A stretch of DNA of 64,000 nucleotides from NCBI GenBank assembly GCA_000182565.2, contig KQ257454.1; one strand, 5' to 3'. The notes beneath the pieces were generated by a model. That model searched no databases. It was given only the letters and a program-made list of their open reading frames with translations, and was not told where the DNA came from. The DNA is from Spizellomyces punctatus DAOM BR117 (lineage: Eukaryota). The translations under genes and the position numbers were made by a program. How positions within the stretch are numbered: the first letter of the stretch is position 1; the number at the start of each line of letters is the position of its first letter. Positions 10,584 to 23,233 of the stretch are shown piece by piece.

Positions 10584-11894
10584 CTATCCACTCGCAACAG
10601 GACTATTATCTTCCTCTGATCCACGCCTGGAGACCCCCTCCAACACAATACTCTCAACATCCACATCCCGATTCGTAATCACCAAATTATCCCTATGAAC
10701 AACACACCCAGAATCAACGTACCCCAACAACCCCTCAATTTCCGAGCTTTTGTGGCCCTTGATACGCAAACACTCTGCAAACGAATAATTGACAAGGCCC
10801 TTTCCGATTTCAATGACGGTTTCTGTATCGTTTTTGTGAATGATGGTGAGGAGTCGGACGCATTGTTGGGCATTAAATGTTCCTTCGACGCGGGCGACAC
10901 CAGCTGCAAATAAAGAGGATCGGTGTCTGTTCATGACGGCGCGGACGGCGCCCTTGTCGAGGTAAATGGCGCCAAAGGATTTAAGACCATGGAGGATCCA
11001 CCATTTTCGATCCATCATGGCGTTGGGGCGGGGTAAAAAGTGGGTTCCGTGGGTTGGACAAAATGGGGTATTCGGGGTATGGGATTGGATTTCGGCGAGA
11101 ATGGTGGGAATGAGAGGGGGGTGGGAGAGTGTGATGATGGTTGTGCATCCTGCCGCTGTTGCAAGATCGGCTGCAACGAGTTTGGTCACCATCCCCCCTG
11201 TACCCAGATGAGAGCCAGGTGACGACACAGTTACTTTATCTCGTAGTTCCCCTACATCCTCTACAACACGTACAGGCCTCGCATCCGGATTCGTCTTTGG
11301 GTTATCCGTATATAAACAATCCACATCGGTCATGAGGAAAAGGTAATCGGCATTGACCATTCCAGCGGTAATAGCCGACAAGGTATCATTATCCCCGAAC
11401 CGAATCTCTGCATTCGACACGGTATCATTTTCATTAACGATGGGGACAACATTCATTAACAAGAGTTCTTTGAATGTGTTACAGGCGTTTAGATATTGGG
11501 TCCGTTCCGCCAGGTTCTCCCTAGTAAGCAATACTTGTGCAATGGGGACATCAAATTGCGCAAAGAGACCATCGTACAATGCCATTAATCGCCCCTGTCC
11601 AACGGCCGCGACGGCTTGTTTGACGGCTAAATGCTTTGGACGGCGGTCAAGACCTAGACGGCGTAACCCAACTCCAACAGCACCTGATGAGACGACAACG
11701 ATTTTGTGCCCGGCGGAACGGAGGTGGACAATGGTTTCGACCAGGAGGGAGAGGGTGGAGAGTTTGGGGAGATGGGTTTGTTCATCGCAAATGGATGTTG
11801 TGCCGAGTTTGAGGACGATGGTGAGAGAGGTGGGATTGGTTCGTCGGGGATTGGTAGGTGGAAGTGGCGGTGTTGAAATGCGTGCAGTTGTCAT
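10584..11894 (-). CDS. PRO1: Glutamate 5-kinase with PUA domain
   Basis: IVLKLGTTS, VSSGAVGVG, AAVGQGRL, NENDTV, FGDNDTLSA and GTGGMVTK, plus a C-terminal PUA-like region. Confidence 0.95.
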   Translation of the reverse strand: MTTARISTPPLPPTNPRRTNPTSLTIVLKLGTTSICDEQTHLPKLSTLSLLVETIVHLRSAGHKIVVVSSGAVGVGLRRLGLDRRPKHLAVKQAVAAVGQGRLMALYDGLFAQFDVPIAQVLLTRENLAERTQYLNACNTFKELLLMNVVPIVNENDTVSNAEIRFGDNDTLSAITAGMVNADYLFLMTDVDCLYTDNPKTNPDARPVRVVEDVGELRDKVTVSSPGSHLGTGGMVTKLVAADLATAAGCTTIITLSHPPLIPTILAEIQSHTPNTPFCPTHGTHFLPRPNAMMDRKWWILHGLKSFGAIYLDKGAVRAVMNRHRSSLFAAGVARVEGTFNAQQCVRLLTIIHKNDTETVIEIGKGLVNYSFAECLRIKGHKSSEIEGLLGYVDSGCVVHRDNLVITNRDVDVESIVLEGVSRRGSEEDNSPVASG

Positions 11895-12120
11895 ATTTCA
11901 ACATGTACACCCCACCTTCTTTTAAAAAGAAAAACTAATAATGCCCACCAAAAAAAACAGAGATGAAATACAGCTTTCTTAAACTCGTTGATCGCGTTCT
12001 TTGAATCTTGTCATCTCCTCCTACGCCACATGAGCGTGGCTTATAGATGAAAGTGCAAACCTCACCGAGATCTACAACGCTGTATGTTAGGTTTTTTTTT
12101 CCTGACTTGTCTGAAAAACC

Positions 12121-13179
12121 ATGACATGCCTACCCGACACGCCACTCACATTTGCATCCAAAGGTATACCCCATCGCTACATCCAAGACCCAACCCAACA
12201 AACAACAACACTATGCTGGAAATGCGGTGGAACGGGTCAAAAACCCAGCAAACCCAACCAAAAAACCACACCTCTTGATTGCTCGCCTTGTCAAGGAACA
12301 GGAACCATATCCCCCGTACCCCGCACGACATGTAAACCTACTATACGGCCATTTAGACCGCCACCTGGTTGGACTCCGCGTGGACCACGAACGTTTGGAG
12401 ACCCACATGACCCACTCTGGGCTCCCCGTCCCGGTGACATGCTCACATCCCTCTCTGGTCATTGGATGATTTACCAACTTGTCCATGGACACCGGTACAC
12501 GACTGATGATGTCCTTACAGCCGCTATCGCCGTAACGCATATGAAAGGCACGCATGTGGATACGTATGTGGATCTTGGGACGGGGTTGGGATCCGTTTTG
12601 GGCATGGTGGCGTGGAGTTTGGGTGTACCCAAAGCGATTGGGATAGAAGCACAAGGCATTCATGTGGAACTTGCGCGGAAAACAATATTATTTAACGGGT
12701 GCAAGAATGTTGAGATTGTGCATGGGGATTTACGTAGTACCGAGATCCATATAGATCCTGCCATGTTGGTTACGGGTACACCACCATATTTTCCTTCGAA
12801 TCGAGGTGCACTGCCTACGCATCCCAATCGCGGGATGTGTGCATTTGAGTTGCGGGGGGGTGTTGAGACGTATTGTTTTGCGGCGGCACGGTACCTCAAA
12901 CGTTCCGACAAGGCTCGATTCGTGTTTTGTCAGACGGGGTTAGAAATACCGAGATCAGAATTGGCAATCAAGCACGTTGGAATGCAAATCCACGAACGAT
13001 GGGACATTTGGGGCCGCGCAACACAAACTCAAGCCCTCATCTGCATCTTTTGTTGTGGATGGGGGGAATGGGTAGATAACTACCGAGTTCTTCGATTGGA
13101 TGTACGGGATAGAGAAGGGAATGTATCGAAAGATATGCGGGTGTTGATGGATGTGGTTGGTAAGGCGGTCCTTGTATAA
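12121..13179 (+). CDS. SAM-dependent methyltransferase (TrmN6/YfiC-like) with N-terminal CxxCxGxG zinc finger
   Basis: CWKCGGTG and CSPCQGTG; GHRYTTDDVL; DLGTGLGSV (motif I); GTPPYF (motif IV-like). Confidence 0.8.
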   Translation: MTCLPDTPLTFASKGIPHRYIQDPTQQTTTLCWKCGGTGQKPSKPNQKTTPLDCSPCQGTGTISPVPRTTCKPTIRPFRPPPGWTPRGPRTFGDPHDPLWAPRPGDMLTSLSGHWMIYQLVHGHRYTTDDVLTAAIAVTHMKGTHVDTYVDLGTGLGSVLGMVAWSLGVPKAIGIEAQGIHVELARKTILFNGCKNVEIVHGDLRSTEIHIDPAMLVTGTPPYFPSNRGALPTHPNRGMCAFELRGGVETYCFAAARYLKRSDKARFVFCQTGLEIPRSELAIKHVGMQIHERWDIWGRATQTQALICIFCCGWGEWVDNYRVLRLDVRDREGNVSKDMRVLMDVVGKAVLV

Positions 13180-14190
13180 TCTTATGAGCATAGAGTTTTT
13201 TGTTGGGTGGGCGAGTAGTAAGATTGGTTTGTCAAGCGTGTTTTGGAATGTGGGTGTGTGAGTGGTATATGGGAACGGGCAGGTCCTTGTATAGTTGTGT
13301 TTTTTGTTATATATTTTTAGTGTAGAGGTGACAGAAACTGGCACTAGCTACTACACCAGGGAATAAACCAGCGACAACTGGCTCGGAAAAGCTAAGCTAC
13401 TACTAGGCAATTATACACGCAATACGTAACGGTTGGTTCTAACCGGATAACTGCCCACCACCACACGCGGTCCCTACTAGGCCTTGATCCAGAACTCTTG
13501 ATGGCATTGAAGCCAGACTCTTGCATCCAGGAGCAAATCGACTGGGCAGCGTCACAAGCTGGTGGATTTTCAGTGACAAGGCTTGGAGACTAAAAACTGC
13601 ATGTCAGCGACAGAATGACAGAATGAAATGATGCAATCAGTACATACCAACCAAGCTCAACTAATGTGGCAGTATAATAACAGCTTTGTTGGTTCCGAGT
13701 GGTTGCTGCTGGTTCTAGTTGGTTGTAGTCATCGGGAGGGCGAGGTCCTCGGCACCACCACACATCTGCATTCTCATGGTTGGACTTGACAGTCGCGATG
13801 AGGGTTGCGCAGATGCTTTGCGAGTCGAGGATGGGTAAAGAGGAAAGAGGGAAGAGGGAGCAGGTCCCCCTTTTATAGACCTTCGGCATGCGCCTCACCG
13901 CAGTTTAAAAGAAAAAAACATTACAATCCATGCCACACGGTTTTGAGCGATAGAGGGGGTGCTGATTATGCGATATGATTAACCGGATTAATCCGGATAA
14001 AAATGGGTCCTAGAGCCATTTTCAATCACCTCCACACTATGTATATATTCTACGAGGCATTAGAGTTTCCACATAGATCCGATTACGTCAGCATAGTCCC
14101 CGCTCGGCCACATTTCGTTTAAGGCATCCTTTTGCACTTGGCAAGTTGCGGACTTTTACTTGTCAGAAATCACTTTATATTCCTTTCTAC

Positions 14191-16588
14191 ATGGTATTCC
14201 AAAGACGACCAGGTACGATCCGCTACTCTGCGCTTGTATCCCGATGATGGAGAGGACCTTTGTTATGAACGAAAACTAACAATATCCACATTCTCGTTCC
14301 ATCTTTTGCGGAAAAAACGGTTTTATCTACAAGAAACTAAGAAAGTGAGTAGATCCTTATATCGCAACAAAACAGGATAATGAAAAACTAAAAAACTTGC
14401 AGTGACGACACCTACGTACACATACCCGGCTTTTCAAATCCGGTATCCACTTGGGAAAGGGTTTCCTACCAGCGGAGGTATAACCAAGCAACCAACTTGC
14501 ACCGCCAGGTACTCGCTAAACGTTTGTTGGTATTTTTTAGTTAGGAAATCTCAATCACCTACTCGTCGACCCCGATCATCACCTTCCACTCTTCCTCGTG
14601 AAAAACCAGAGAGGGAGAAGGAGAGATCGGCGGTTGAGAATGAGTATATAAAGAATTTGCAGCAGCAGGTTTATTTGTTGGAATTGGAGACGAGATATTT
14701 GTGAGTTTTTTTTTTTTTTTGTAGTTGGGTTTGGGTTGAGTTTTTGTCATGTACTGACATCTTTTTTTTTTTTTTTTTTTTTTTTAAATGGGGTTTTTTT
14801 CTTCCAAAGACGATCTGGACGATCTAAATCTGGGAATGGTACCAAATTGTACATCATCTTTATTGCAAAAAAAAAAAGTCATTCATCAATGTCGTTTTTA
14901 GAGGACACTTCGTTCCCATTTCAGGGTACCGATGCGACGTCGGCATGTCTTAATGGAGGTGTACCCACCGCACCCCTCAACACCGTCATTAAAGATTTAA
15001 AAAACAAGTATGTCGAGTTACAGGAGGGGTATAAGCGACAAGTAGAGGTAAAAAAGTCTTTTTGTTTATTGTTGTAAAAACAAAAGGTTTAACACCAAAG
15101 AAAAAGAAACTCCAAGAAACCATCACAAACCTCCAAAAACAAAACCACACAACAACCCTAACGACCGAATCCCTCACCCAAACCCGAGACCAACTCTTGC
15201 AGGACCTTCAAACCCTCCAAACAAATCACAATACCGAAAAAGACGGCTTATACAAGACGATTCATACATTAAAGCAAGATCATGAGAATCTAAAGGCGGA
15301 AATGAGGCGATTGGAGATTTCTTATGAGAGGTGTAGGGAGGAGAAGGAGGAGGGTGTTAAGGAGGTTGTTGGGTTTAAAATGGAGGTGGAGCGTTTGCGT
15401 GGGCAGGTAAGGACTCGTCAAGGGAATTTGTAAAGGTTTTGTTTTTAACTGTTGTTTTTGTGAATGTTGATCGTTTTTTGTTTGTGAGGTAGGTGGAGGA
15501 ACAAGTACAAGTTCATGACAAGTTGCAAAAAAAAGTAGAGGAATTGAGTCGTGATAAAGCATTTCTTCAGGTAACGTTTACCACTTTACAAAAAAGCATT
15601 TTGTAAATGTCGAGTGCTTTCTCGTTTTTTGGGGGTGAATCAAACTCTTCTCCGTATTTTACAAACCAACTCACCCAACGTTTTAAACCCATAGGCCCAA
15701 CTAGAGACAACACCACCCCCACCCCCTCAAATCCCCCCAGAAACCCTCCAATCCCTCAAAACCCAACTCCTAACCTCCCAAACCCAACACCAACAAACAG
15801 AAACCCTCCGCCTAAAACTCCAAACAGACTGTTCAAACCTCATTAAACTCAACACGGAACTCACAATGGAAATCGAATCCCTTCGTGATGAACTTGGTCG
15901 AGAGCGCCGCGCACGAGGACATACTGGTCGTATGGAGTGGGTCAAGGAAACTGCTAATGTGCGACAAGAGGTTGAGGATTTGAGGGATCAGATTGGCATG
16001 TTGAAAATTAAGATTCAAGTGGGTGAGAATCAAAAGGGGGAACTAGTCGAAAAGGTATATACGTTTCTTATTTTTTTATTCATTATCGTAAATGGAATGT
16101 TTATATTCAGTCTTTTTGTGGGTAGCTTAAAGCAACGGAAACAAGTCTTTCAAAAACCCTCGAATCCCGCACAACACTCTCTGAACGTGTTCAATCCCTC
16201 CAAGACCGTTTACACGCCCAAACCCTCGACATCGTCTCCCTCAACCAAGACAAAAGGTATTTTTTTGCATCCCTCATTTCCAATATATTCCAAAAACTAG
16301 TTTCTCACCAACAATGTTTTTATTAGTATCCTCATTGACGACCTGGCAACCCTAAAAAACACACACACACTCCTCCAATCCAAATACGACTCTCTACTCC
16401 AAAAAAATCATTCACTCACTGTGGAACTCGAGGCGCATAAACAGCAACATGCGGATAAACAGAAATTGGCGAAATTGTTGAAAGAGGTCGAGTATTCTGG
16501 TGAGAGTTATTTGGGGTTGATGAAGGGTGTTCGACAGGTTTTGGATAAGTGTCAAAAGGATGAACAGGGTGATGCGGATGTAGAGTAA
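14191..16588 (+). CDS. Multi-exon coiled-coil protein of unknown function
   Basis: Heptad-rich exons (NEYIKNLQQQVYLLELETRYL; LKNKYVELQE; last exon ending DEQGDADVE* at 16588) separated by GT..AG introns. The start is uncertain. Confidence 0.65.
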
Positions 16589-17137
16589 TGTTGGGTATAT
16601 TCATTTCAGTATTTTTTTAAATGGCAATACAAGTAAATGGGAGCTATGAGTCTACACGGAACAGGAGATACGTGTATGGATATGGTTTGGGTTGCAAGCA
16701 TTTTGAATGTGTACGATTTCATTATGGCTGGAATAACAAGAGCAGATTTCTTCTTGTTCTTGTTATGACAACTCACACCCATCTCACATCCATCCCGATC
16801 TCTACCATGGTGACCCTCTCCATCCATATTCTTTATCGGCATGCAAAAACACAACAACGTACAGCGCACAATGGTACATTGCACAGAGGTAAAAAAGAAG
16901 ATGAGGTATCATGTTTTCCCCTCTTTTTTTATTAATAACCTACATGACAACAGACAAAAAATATACTAGTAAAAAAAAAAAAAAAAAGCAAGACCAACAG
17001 CCATAGAAAAACCAGGGACAAAACACACACGAGCACTTTTTCGCAAAAACCCCCCTCCACTCCACCACTATGTACATGATATTACCCAGAAAACTAATCC
17101 CTTTTTGCTAATGGGCCGCGCGCGCCTCATAAAACTC

Positions 17138-18640
17138 TTAGGCACCACCGGAAATCACGCCTTGAGCAATACCCGTCACAAGATTAAACGAATGCCTCCA
17201 AAAGTAGTAATTGGACATTAAAATCAAACTCGTCGAAAAGCGGGCAAAGCGGATAAACTGTCGAATAGCTTCCACGACTTGAGCCACAATTTCATTCACG
17301 AGACGGTTAATGCGGTCAGCCCAGCGGGTATAACGAGCCAATTCTTCGGCTTTGCGCTGGTGGGCGGCCCGAATGTCCATTTCAAAGTTGCGATAGTTGC
17401 GGTCCCACGTTTGTTTGGCAATGGAGGCGGGTTCATTCGGGACGAGTTTCGAGGTAAACGTTTCGAGTTCGTTGATGCAGCTATTTGCGGCGCCTTCGAC
17501 TTCGCGGAGAATGGTGCGGAGGTGCTTGCGGCCATTGATTTGAACCGGGTGGTTGCCCTGTTTGCGGACCTTGTCGATAAATTCCGTCCACACCGTGTTG
17601 GCAGCTTCGGCGGCCATGTTGGCCACGAGCGCTTCAGTAGCCGTGACCATGTTGAATCGGTTTCCACCGTCACGAATCTGGGTCAAGAGTTCGGTAATGA
17701 GCTGGACGACTACGGGCCCGTCGACGGGAACACCGCCGACAACAAACGGAACGAGCGAGTCGGCCAAGGTATCTGCGAGGGCCGCCACGGCTTCCTGGTG
17801 CACGGCGGTATTGCCACCCACATTAAAGGGCAATTTGGCAAAGTTTGTGTCAAAGCGCTGACGAACGAGGCGGCGCACGCGGTTTGTTTGTTCATCTCCG
17901 TCCTCTTCGCTCAGCAAGTCGTCCAAGAGACGACGGTCGGGAATGTCTCCATTGATGGACATGTTTTCCACGAGGACGAGCTGACGGGTAATGTCGACAG
18001 CGTCGTCGGCACTGGTGGCGTTTCCCATGTTGACGACTTGCATGACCGTGTCCAAGCCACCGGTCGTGAAGCAGCCTCGCTCGAAAACGTACATTTGGGT
18101 GGAGAGACGGGCGGCGAGACCAATGACAAAGGGGAGGGCACTCTGGTTGTGATTTGCCCCGCCTTCGCAGTCGAGAAAGACAACGGTTCCCGGACCGCGA
18201 GGGTTTTCAAAAACCATCATGTCGATGCCGTGAGTGCAAGGGACATTGCCAGGAGCAGAAGCGAATTTGTGGTCTTCGTTGCCGACCAAGTGCGCGCGCA
18301 CCTTTGTCGCCGTATACGACTTGCCGGATCTATAAAGTGCAGGTGTCAAGTACATTAAAGAAAAACGCCACTCTAGAGAACATTACCTCCCAAATCCAGT
18401 AAAAGCGACAATGTGAATGGGCACTGGAAGCTGAGACAAGACGAGTTCTGCCTCTGGCGTAATGCCTGTAGCCGTGTATTTGATACTTGTACTTCCAGGA
18501 GCAATGGGAGCAGCAACCACCTTGACAAGAGGAACCGGTTGGTCAAGCTCTCTCCAGTCGACAGAAGGAGGTCTCCTTGAGCGAGCACGCGAAATGAGGC
18601 TGTTGAAAGTGCCAGACACGTCCAATGCCATGGATGCCAT
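17138..18640 (-). CDS. Guanylate-binding protein/atlastin-like large GTPase
   Basis: Spliced P-loop IVAFTGFGRSGKS (intron 18330-18386), G2 CTHGIDM and G3 VFLDCEG, followed by a helical C-terminal region. Confidence 0.85.
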
Positions 18641-18867
18641 GGCTGTTGTATAAGAGTGAGAAAATGTACGATACGAGTTTTGAGAGAGATGAGAGAAAAA
18701 GATGATGATGATGACGATGAGGAGGAGGAAGAACGACAAAAGAGAGAGAAGAGAGAGAAGAGAGTATAAATATAACAACAAGTTTGCATGCAAAACACGT
18801 GAGAATTTCACATGTCATGAGAGAGAGAATAAAGAAATGTGACTATTCTTGGCATAATAATTATTGA

Positions 18868-18870
<3 letters not shown>

Positions 18871-18910
<40 letters not shown>

Positions 18911-18960
18911 TGAGAATAGAAATGGGTGAGTGAGTGAGTGAATGAGTGAGTGAATGAAAT
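18871..18960. repeat. (AG)n and (TGAG/TGAA)n microsatellites in a divergent intergenic region
   Basis: (AG)18 at 18871-18906, then GTGA repeats. Further CT and CA tracts extend to ~19390. Confidence 0.9.
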
Positions 18961-19443
18961 GAATGAGTTGAGAAGAGAGAGAGATATATATAAAGAGAGT
19001 CTCTCCCCATTCAAATAGAAATGTCACACATTTAACAACTCACACATTTAACAACCCCCATTCACACACGTTTCTCTCACCAATTCAATTACAAACACTC
19101 ACACACACTCTCTCTCTCACATTTGCATTTGGACATGCTAAATATATAGTCTCTCTTTCTCTCTCTTCTCTCTCTCCACACACACACACACACACATTAA
19201 TATTCATCATAGGGGGGAATTCTCTCTTCACTCTACATGTTGATTTGTCATGACGCGTTTTTTTCTTGATTTATTATTTAATGATGTCACTTTTAGTCTC
19301 TTCTTATTTCAAGCCACTTTCTACTCTCTCTCTTTGACTTGCTAGAGGACATTACTCTTTCTCATTCTCTCTCTCTCTTCTCTCTCTCTCCCTGTCACTC
19401 TACTCTACTCTTGCGCACTCTACTCGTACATTACTCTATACAA

Positions 19444-20519
19444 ATGCCTGATACGGTCATGCCTACTACTACTACTACTACAACTACTACAAACACTTCT
19501 TCATCGCAACGCAAAAGACCTTCCATGAACAGCAGAGCTTGCTCATATCAAGATACTTGTCGCTATCGCTCATCTCTCTCTTCTTCTTCTTCTCGTGAAG
19601 ACTTGCCTTCTAAACTACGTCCTTCTACTCCTGGTGCTTCTGTCAGAGGGCCTCCTCCCACGACACCTGGTTCTCGCCCTAGTCCCTTTTTTCCTGGATT
19701 CTGGGTCAAGGATCCTGCTACTTCTGCTACAACAACAACAACAACAACAAGTATCTGGGCAGAATCCAGTCCTAGTTTGACCGGAAAATTTGTGTTTGAG
19801 ACGGACAGCACGAGTACGCCATCTGATTCATCCCACACACAGCACTTTGCCTTCACAGTCCATGCCAACCGCAACCTCTCGGCTCACTCGCGTCCCGGCA
19901 CTCCCATAGACGAGGCAGGTATCCCCATCCCTATTACTCCCGCTCAATCCGCCGAACGCGACAAGCAGGAAGAGCAGCAGCTGGAAAACGTGCCTCCCAC
20001 CCACCGCAAACTCATGGTCGCCGTGGACGCGGCAGACCAAGAGGGGCTGAGAACCTTGGACTGGGCGTGTAAGGAAATGGTCCAACCTGGCGACACCCTC
20101 GTGGTGGTGCGCGTCGTCAAGGAACAAAAGGGCTTTAAAGGTGAGAGCATGTGTTTGTCTGCACAATGTAGCTTTTAACACGGAAAACTAAAAATTACTT
20201 GAAAAAAGGCGGCTATGCAGCAGCGTCTGAAATGATGAAATCCATTGAATCCCGTGCTCACGAAGAAGCCGACCGCATCACCTGCCATGCCCTCCGCGCC
20301 CTGGGCCAACAATCCAAAAAATGCATTGACCTCTACGTCAAATACCGAACAGGCGATCCTCGCTCGCAAATTCGCGAGCTGGTCGGCACCGAACACCCAG
20401 ATGTCCTCATTGTGGGCAATAATCGCAAACGGGTGTCCAACACTTTTTTCCATGGTGGAGAACAAAGCTTTTTGCCAGAGGGGTCGAATGTACCTGTGGT
20501 GTCGAGTCGTGGAGTCTAG
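19444..20519 (+). CDS. Universal stress protein (USP) domain protein with S/T-rich N-terminus
   Basis: RKLMVAVD..LDWA..PGDTLVVVRV, GDPRSQI and DVLIVGN. Intron ~20141-20208. Confidence 0.8.
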
Positions 20520-20554
20520 TGGATTCAAAACGTTTGTGTAAATGTGCTTTTGCT

Positions 20555-20587
<33 letters not shown>

Positions 20588-20614
20588 TTTTTTTTTTTTT
20601 TTTTTTTTTTTTTT
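20555..20614. repeat. (TG)n microsatellite followed by poly-T
   Basis: Directly visible in the sequence. Confidence 0.9.
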
Positions 20615-21220
20615 GGAGACTTTCTTTTCATTGTTGCGCGTTCGAGTGGGTTGGTCTGGGGAGAGAGAGAGAGAAAGGCGACAGTTGGCATGAGACGTGG
20701 TGTACAGAATATATAAAGTTCGTGCCTCTACTGGTTTGTAGGATAAATGGAGAATGAGGGGGATCCTTTCGACGGGGAAGACATCAAGTCAAATGTACAG
20801 AAATAAAAAGATTACAGCCTTCTTGACTGTTTGCATATTGGAAAAAAAACACGGGATAGTGTTCCCATCCTAACCATCACATTATGACATTTGCTTCTAA
20901 GCACATTTTGGGATTTGCATTCTGGAAATTGCATTGTTAAGCGTGTCCCATCACGGTCATCACGGTCATCTCGCACATCATTGATGCGTCCCCCACTTCC
21001 TGGCCATCACACCCTTATTGCAGATCCAGTTGAAACCATCATGATGATGATGATGAGGGTCATCCGCACTACCGGATCGGTACCGATAACCCGGCTCTAC
21101 CAGCTCTCAACAAATGACTCATCTGCCCACGTGCACACATCATCAACCTTCCCGTCCAAAAAAACCACCGCTTCAAACAACTGATCGCTCATTCCGCTCA
21201 CCCCGCACACTAGACAAAGC

Positions 21221-23035
21221 ATGGGTCGTCGTAAACCCATCGTAACAACAGATCCCCACCCTGATCTCAACGATGGGTCTGTTTCCGATAGCGAACTCCT
21301 CGCTCCCGCCGCTCCCAAACTCAATCTCCGCGAAGCATGGGAATACGAATTTCGAGATCAAGTTGATCCGACAGTGGCATTCTTTTATAAACCGCGAACG
21401 GTGCGACTTGTATGTCATACCCATCATGGTCATGTTTTCTTTTTTTGGTGCTTTTATGTGTGGTTTCATGTTGTGGTTTTTTGTAGTTGGTCCTCATGCT
21501 CGCTGGACTCGTCTACCTCGCCCTCTTTGTCATGAAAGACGATAATGTCGTATTCAATACCAAAGTGTACGTTCCTTTTATTTCTTGCCCACCCACCTTA
21601 CATTGGTGCAAATGAGGGCTGACATGTCTTAGAGGCTTGGGCGCATCAGGTGCCATGCTACTGTTGATTGGCATGCTCCAGTTCCGGGATGGACCTTTTA
21701 TCCGACCTCACCCGGCGTTTTGGCGGATTGTCTTGTCGGCCAGTGTGGTGTATCAAATGATTCTCGTTTTTATAGTCTTTCAGGTATGATGTACTTGTTT
21801 TGCAACCATCTGGGTGCCATCTTTGTAAATGTCACCTAAATTTTTGGTTGTAGAGTAAACATTCCATGCGATCCTTGTTGAAATATGTGGATCCAACATT
21901 GGGTGTCCCCCTCCCTGAACGATCGTATGCCGACAATTGTGAATTGACGGCTGAATCCCTCTGGGTTCGTTTTATTTACTGCTGCGCTTTTTCATTATCC
22001 CAAATGGTTTGACTTGTAAACTCAGGACCAAATGGACGTTTTTGTAATCGCGCATGCACTCGGATGGTACGCCAAAGCCATCGTGTTGCGTGATTACTGG
22101 TTTTGCTGGATTCTGTCCGTCATGTTTGAAATGATGGAGTATTCTCTTGCGCACCAGTTACCGAATTTTGCAGAGTGCTGGTGGGATCATGTACGTGTGA
22201 TCGATTGTTCCTTTTGTTTTCGTACAATGCTGATTTTGGATCTATTTTCGAATTTTTGGGGATAGTGGATCCTAGATGTATTACTCGCCAACTGGGCTGG
22301 CATCATTCTCGGCATGAAGACCTGTCAATACTTTGCCATGNNNNNNNNNNNNNNNNNNNNNNNNNNNNNNNNNNNNNNNNNNNNNNNNNNNNNNNNNNNN
22401 NNNNNNNNNNNNNNNNNNNNNNNNNNNNNNNNNNNNNNNNNNNNNNNNNNNNNNNNNNNNNNNNNNNNNNNNNNNNNNNNNNNNNNGAAATACCCACCTA
22501 CCGCGGAAAATTCAAACGCACATGCACAATTCACACCACATAGTTGGACTGATTTCCAATGGGAAGGCACTAAAACATTTAAAAACTTTTTGGCAGTTAT
22601 TTTACTCTTGTACCTTGTACGTTATCCCTTCCATCCTTTTTTCCAAATCTCTCTCTTACCAATCTATTTCAACTGTAACAGGTCCTCCAATGCGAACTCA
22701 ACGCCTTTTACCTAAAATACCTCCTCTGGCTCCCCCCATCCAACCCCATCAACATCCTCCGTCTCATTCTCTACTTTTTCCTCGCCCTCCCCGCAACCCG
22801 CGAAGCCTACCAATACCTTATCGACCGCCGATGTAAACGTCTCGGCATGCACGCATGGATGGCGACAGCCAATATCCTAACCGAATTACTCATTTGCATC
22901 AAATTTGGTCGAGGAGAATTCGTGGAGCCTATGCCGTGGGGAATTAAAATTGGGTGGGGATGCTTTTTGGCGGTTGTTGGGGGATATGCGATGGTCAAGT
23001 TTGGGTTGGGGAATGGGAAACAAAAGGTTGTGTAA
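21221..23035 (+). CDS. Base-exchange phosphatidylserine synthase (PTDSS1/2 type), multi-exon, spans a gap
   Basis: [53 protein letters not shown] and ELNAFYLK. Confidence 0.9.
22341..22486. other. Assembly gap (146 N)
   Basis: Run of N. Confidence 1.
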
Positions 23036-23233
23036 TTTTGTGTGATAGAAAATATATAATTACGTTATTTATATACATAAAGGTGGTTGGTTGTGGTTTT
23101 CTTTTTGGGGAACTAAATTCATTAGTTTGGTATGGTAAATGTCGAAAAACCACATGTTAAATTTATACACTTGCACCAAAAAATAAACCAAAAAATCTAT
23201 ATACAAACAAACCCAATGCAAACCCCCCAACCC

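Noticed and set aside
17279-18358. 359-aa + strand ORF
   Set aside because: Antisense shadow of the codon-biased GBP-like gene, with no motifs of its own.
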